A stretch of DNA of 64,000 nt from Alphaproteobacteria bacterium. Its GTDB lineage: Bacteria > Pseudomonadota > Alphaproteobacteria > JANQMY01. The notes beneath the pieces were generated by a model. It worked only from the letters and a program-made list of their open reading frames with translations. It searched no databases and was not told where the DNA came from. This document shows, one piece after another, positions 60,674-64,000 of this stretch; positions within the stretch are counted from its first letter, which is position 1, and every line of letters begins with the position of its first letter. The stretch covers positions 376,941 through 440,940 of the forward strand of contig OZ245840.1 of assembly GCA_965228775.1 (NCBI GenBank). The letters are read 5' to 3'. The position numbers and the translations under genes were made by a program.

Positions 60674-60820
60674 ATCAAGTTTTCCGCTAAGTCGCGCCCC
60701 GGAATTCACAAATTTGACTTTGTAGGCTATTGTCCGGCGCTCATAATAGGAGAGCTGGCATGAGCTGGGAAGAATGCCGAAGCCAGCTGGTTTTGCGTAA
60801 TTTGGGTAGGGTTTGGCAAG

Positions 60821-62143
60821 ATGAGCACTCTTAAAGAATTGCCTTTTAGAACACGCAGAGCGATCGGTCAGATTATCAAGCAAAAGTGGATTTGGGCCCT
60901 GCCATGCGCGGCCGTCTTGGTGGGCACTTCACTCACCGCGACATGGGCTCAGTCCGTTCAGCGGATCGCGGCGATCGTCAATGACGAGGTCATATCGGGG
61001 TATGACCTGCAGCAGCGCATGTCCCTGGTTCTGTCCTCATCAGGCCTCCAACCATCGCCAGAAGCACTTAAACGTCTTGAACCACAGGTGCTTCGAACCC
61101 TCGTCGACGAACGCTTGCAGCTACAAGAAGCCGAGCGGAACGAAATTGAAGTGGAAACACGCGAAATCGCGGAAGCCATCGCCGACATTGGCGCCCGCAA
61201 CAATCTTAGCCCAGAACAAATCGAGAGCTTCCTCGGACAGGCCGGGATCGATTTCGCCACTTTGCAGCGGCAGGTATATGCGGAACTTGCCTGGAATAAA
61301 TTGATCGGCCAACGATTTGGCGCACGGGTTTTCATCAGCGATGAACAGGTTGATTCTGCCTATAACCGCTTTCTCGAAAACTCATCACAACCTCAGTACC
61401 GGATGGCTGAAATCTTCTTGTCCGTTGACTCACCCGAACAGGACGAAGAAGTACGGCGCACCGGTCAAAGGCTCGTACAGGAAATTATCGCGGGCGCCCC
61501 ATTTGACGCCATCGCGCAACAATTCAGCCAAGCGTCCACCGCCGGTGTTGGCGGCGATGTGGGATGGGTACAAGAGGGCCAGTTGGCGCCGGAACTGGAC
61601 ACACAGCTTCTCAAGATGAGCCCCGGATCGGTATCCGCTCCAATTCGCACGATTGGCGGGTACTACATTCTCGCCATGCTAGATCGCCGCGAAACGGCGG
61701 GCGGCGCGGATGCCATGAGATCGACGGTAACGCTGAAGCAAATTCTAATCCCATTGTCGCCTGAAGCTCCCCGTGAAGAAATCTCGCGAGCCGCCAACAA
61801 AGCAAGCCGCGCCAGATCTGCTGTTCGGGGATGTGGCAATGTTGAGCAAGTTGCCACCCAGTACCCTGGAGCAGTTCCCGGAGATATTGGTAAGGTTCCA
61901 GGCAGTCAGCTGACGGAGAACTTTCGAGGCGCCGTGATGTCCCTGCGCAAGGGCGAAGCAAGTGCGCCGGTGCGTAGTGCCAATGGCTTCCATGTTTTAG
62001 TGGTTTGCGACAAGGAAGAGCAATTGGTGCAACTTCCCTCTCGCGGTGACATCCAGACCCGGCTCTTTAACCAGCGGATCGGCATGATGTCCCGGCGGTA
62101 TCTGCGCGATCTGCGGCGGGATGCGGTTGTCGAAGTCCGATAA
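60821..62143 (+). CDS. surA: periplasmic chaperone / peptidyl-prolyl isomerase SurA
   Basis: 440 aa. Signal peptide. The SurA N-domain is IAAIVNDEVISGYDLQQRM. A parvulin domain follows (GGDVGWV...G.VS.PIRT.GGYYIL). Confidence 0.9.
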   Translation: MSTLKELPFRTRRAIGQIIKQKWIWALPCAAVLVGTSLTATWAQSVQRIAAIVNDEVISGYDLQQRMSLVLSSSGLQPSPEALKRLEPQVLRTLVDERLQLQEAERNEIEVETREIAEAIADIGARNNLSPEQIESFLGQAGIDFATLQRQVYAELAWNKLIGQRFGARVFISDEQVDSAYNRFLENSSQPQYRMAEIFLSVDSPEQDEEVRRTGQRLVQEIIAGAPFDAIAQQFSQASTAGVGGDVGWVQEGQLAPELDTQLLKMSPGSVSAPIRTIGGYYILAMLDRRETAGGADAMRSTVTLKQILIPLSPEAPREEISRAANKASRARSAVRGCGNVEQVATQYPGAVPGDIGKVPGSQLTENFRGAVMSLRKGEASAPVRSANGFHVLVVCDKEEQLVQLPSRGDIQTRLFNQRIGMMSRRYLRDLRRDAVVEVR

Positions 62144-63167
62144 GAAGCGCGATCACAAAGTATCGCCCATTGCGGTAACCATGGGCGATACGCGCGGCAT
62201 CAGCGGTGAACTGACCATCAAAGCTTGGAACGCCAAGAGCTCGGAAACCGTTCCGCCTTTTTTTGCAATCGATCACCCGGATCGGCTGAACGCCCTTGCG
62301 GAGCAACTGAAGCTGCCGTTAAAGGTCTCCGTTATCGAAACGCCGTCTACAGCCGTAAGCGTCTTCGATACGGCGCTGCCGGTAATCCCTATCGACAAAG
62401 TTACGTCCGGCAAAACGAACTGCGCGTCGCAGACGATCGCATCAATCGAACATGCTGTTGATCTGGTTTTGGGTAAACAGGCAAAAGCCATGGTGACCAA
62501 CCCTATCAACAAAAAGAACTTGTACGATGCGGGCTTCACGTTTCAGGGGCATACGGACTTTTTAGAGCATCTTGCGAGCCAACATACCGGCACCTCCTGC
62601 CGTTCGATTATGATGTTAGCGTCCCAAAGCCTTCGCACGGTGCCCGTAACGGTCCACATCCCGCTCCACGCTGTTCCCGGCGCACTGAGCCAAGATGCAT
62701 TGATCGAATGCGCTGAAATCGTTGCAGCGGCTCTTCACACCGACTTCGGTATTAGGGAGCCGCGCCTTGCCGTTGCCGGTCTCAACCCCCATGCGGGCGA
62801 AGGGGGCAGTATTGGCAATGAAGATCAGGAGATTATCGAACCTGCCATCGAAAAACTGCGCCACAAAGGGTTACAAGTGGAAGGACCGCTTCCCGCAGAC
62901 ACGATGTTTCATGAACGTGCCCGAACGCAATACGACGCAGCCCTTTGCATGTATCACGATCAGGCGCTTATCCCTCTTAAGACGCTGGACTTCGATAAGG
63001 GGGTTAATGTGACGCTGGGCTTGCCCTTCATTCGCACGTCGCCTGACCATGGAACGGCCTATGACATTGCGGGCACCGGTAAGGCAGACCCGACCAGTTT
63101 TCTTGAAGCTCTTCGTCTCGCTGATCAGTTGGCGGACAATAGGCAGCGCGCTTCGTCGCTCCACTAA
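62121..63167 (+). CDS. pdxA: 4-hydroxythreonine-4-phosphate dehydrogenase
   Basis: 348 aa. PIAVTMGD..GI..E, GHTDFL, GLNPHAGEGG, SPDHGTA.DIAG.G. It overlaps the surA 3' end by 23 nt. Confidence 0.93.
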   Translation: MRLSKSDKKRDHKVSPIAVTMGDTRGISGELTIKAWNAKSSETVPPFFAIDHPDRLNALAEQLKLPLKVSVIETPSTAVSVFDTALPVIPIDKVTSGKTNCASQTIASIEHAVDLVLGKQAKAMVTNPINKKNLYDAGFTFQGHTDFLEHLASQHTGTSCRSIMMLASQSLRTVPVTVHIPLHAVPGALSQDALIECAEIVAAALHTDFGIREPRLAVAGLNPHAGEGGSIGNEDQEIIEPAIEKLRHKGLQVEGPLPADTMFHERARTQYDAALCMYHDQALIPLKTLDFDKGVNVTLGLPFIRTSPDHGTAYDIAGTGKADPTSFLEALRLADQLADNRQRASSLH

Positions 63168-63172
63168 GCAGC

Positions 63173-64000
63173 ATGGTTGATCTTCCCCCCTTAAGAGATG
63201 TCATTGCGCAGCATGACCTGCGCGCTAAAAAATCCTTAGGCCAAAACTTTCTGCTCGATCAGAACCTTACTGACCGAATAGCCAATGCCGCCGGCCCCCT
63301 TGAGGGCATTGATGTGTTTGAGGTCGGACCGGGTCCAGGCGGATTGACGCGCAGCCTTTTGCGGCAAGGTGCAAGGCGTGTCGTCGCCGTAGAGCGGGAC
63401 ACGCGCTGTTTGGCGGCGCTTGAAGACTTAGCAACCAGCTTTCCGAACCGGTTGATGGTCGTTCCCGGCGATGCGTTGGAGATCGACGAAGCGGACGCCC
63501 TCAAGCAAGCTGGGGTTGGACGAACGCGCGTCATCGCCAACCTGCCCTACAACATTGGATCAAAGCTCTTGATCAAATGGTTGCTGAACGCCTCCTGGCC
63601 GCCCTGGTTCACCTCCCTCTCCTTGCTTTTCCAGAAAGAGGTGGCGGAGCGTATTGTCGCATCTCCAGGAAACAAAGCCTATGGCCGTCTATCTGTCATG
63701 ACCCAATGGCGTTGCAGCGCCCGCATCGCGTTCGACATTCCGGCGCGCGCCTTTACGCCGCCGCCGAAAGTGACATCGTCTCTCGTCGTCATTAGGCCGG
63801 ATGCCCAAGCAGAACCTCAATTGGACCCTGCGGATTTGGAAAAAGTGGTTGGCCTTGCATTTGGACAGCGCCGCAAAATGATTAAATCCAGTCTGCAAGG
63901 TCTTGGTGTTCCCGTCGAAGATGTTCTTAAAGAGGCAAACATCGATGCATCCCTTCGGGCGGAGAACATCGATGTCGCAGGCTTCGTCGGATTGGCTCTC
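63173..64000 (+). CDS. rsmA: 16S rRNA (adenine1518/1519-N6)-dimethyltransferase RsmA/KsgA; the 3' end lies beyond the window
   Basis: Not in the ORF track because there is no stop in the window. My translation from ATG 63173 is stop-free to 64000: MVDLPPLRDVIAQHDLRAKKSLGQNFLLDQNLTDRIA...VFEVGPGPGGLTRSLL...VIANLPYNIGS... Confidence 0.93.
   Translation, partial: MVDLPPLRDVIAQHDLRAKKSLGQNFLLDQNLTDRIANAAGPLEGIDVFEVGPGPGGLTRSLLRQGARRVVAVERDTRCLAALEDLATSFPNRLMVVPGDALEIDEADALKQAGVGRTRVIANLPYNIGSKLLIKWLLNASWPPWFTSLSLLFQKEVAERIVASPGNKAYGRLSVMTQWRCSARIAFDIPARAFTPPPKVTSSLVVIRPDAQAEPQLDPADLEKVVGLAFGQRRKMIKSSLQGLGVPVEDVLKEANIDASLRAENIDVAGFVGLAL

Overview
This window looks like ordinary core chromosome from an Alphaproteobacterium. 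The class call rests on gene content and synteny recalled from memory: hdaA, an NDUFA12 homologue next to mlaD and DUF2155, a long-form B12-dependent NrdJ, RNase E with an insertion in its S1 domain, and lptF-lptG-lptD-surA-pdxA-rsmA divergent from pepA-holC. I call about 52 protein-coding genes, nearly all housekeeping: cell-wall synthesis and remodelling, LPS and lipid transport, translation, RNA decay, purine, fatty-acid and thiamine steps, polyphosphate, and replication control. I found no rRNA, tRNA, CRISPR array, transposase, integrase, phage or recognisable defence genes. Two genes run off the window edges and are missing from the ORF track: a YhdP/AsmA-like gene at 1-2264 (-) and rsmA at 63173-64000 (+). 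prfB is split in the track because it uses the classical +1 programmed frameshift, which I located at 7058-7064. Two stretches look accessory. One is 29.9-34.1 kb, holding an orphan MotA/MotB-like stator pair with a very long coiled coil plus small membrane and detoxification genes. The other is 48.3-53.9 kb, a FecI/FecR/TonB-dependent transducer/PepSY cassette butted against holC. The stator-like pair is my best candidate for an uncharacterised system, and I cannot show from sequence alone that it is novel. Other points worth a second look are an M23 peptidase-bactofilin module, a ThiS-ThiG in-frame fusion with an internal Gly-Gly, and two unusually long leaders (638 nt before nrdJ, 770 nt before rne). 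All family assignments come from motif recognition by eye, with no database searches.
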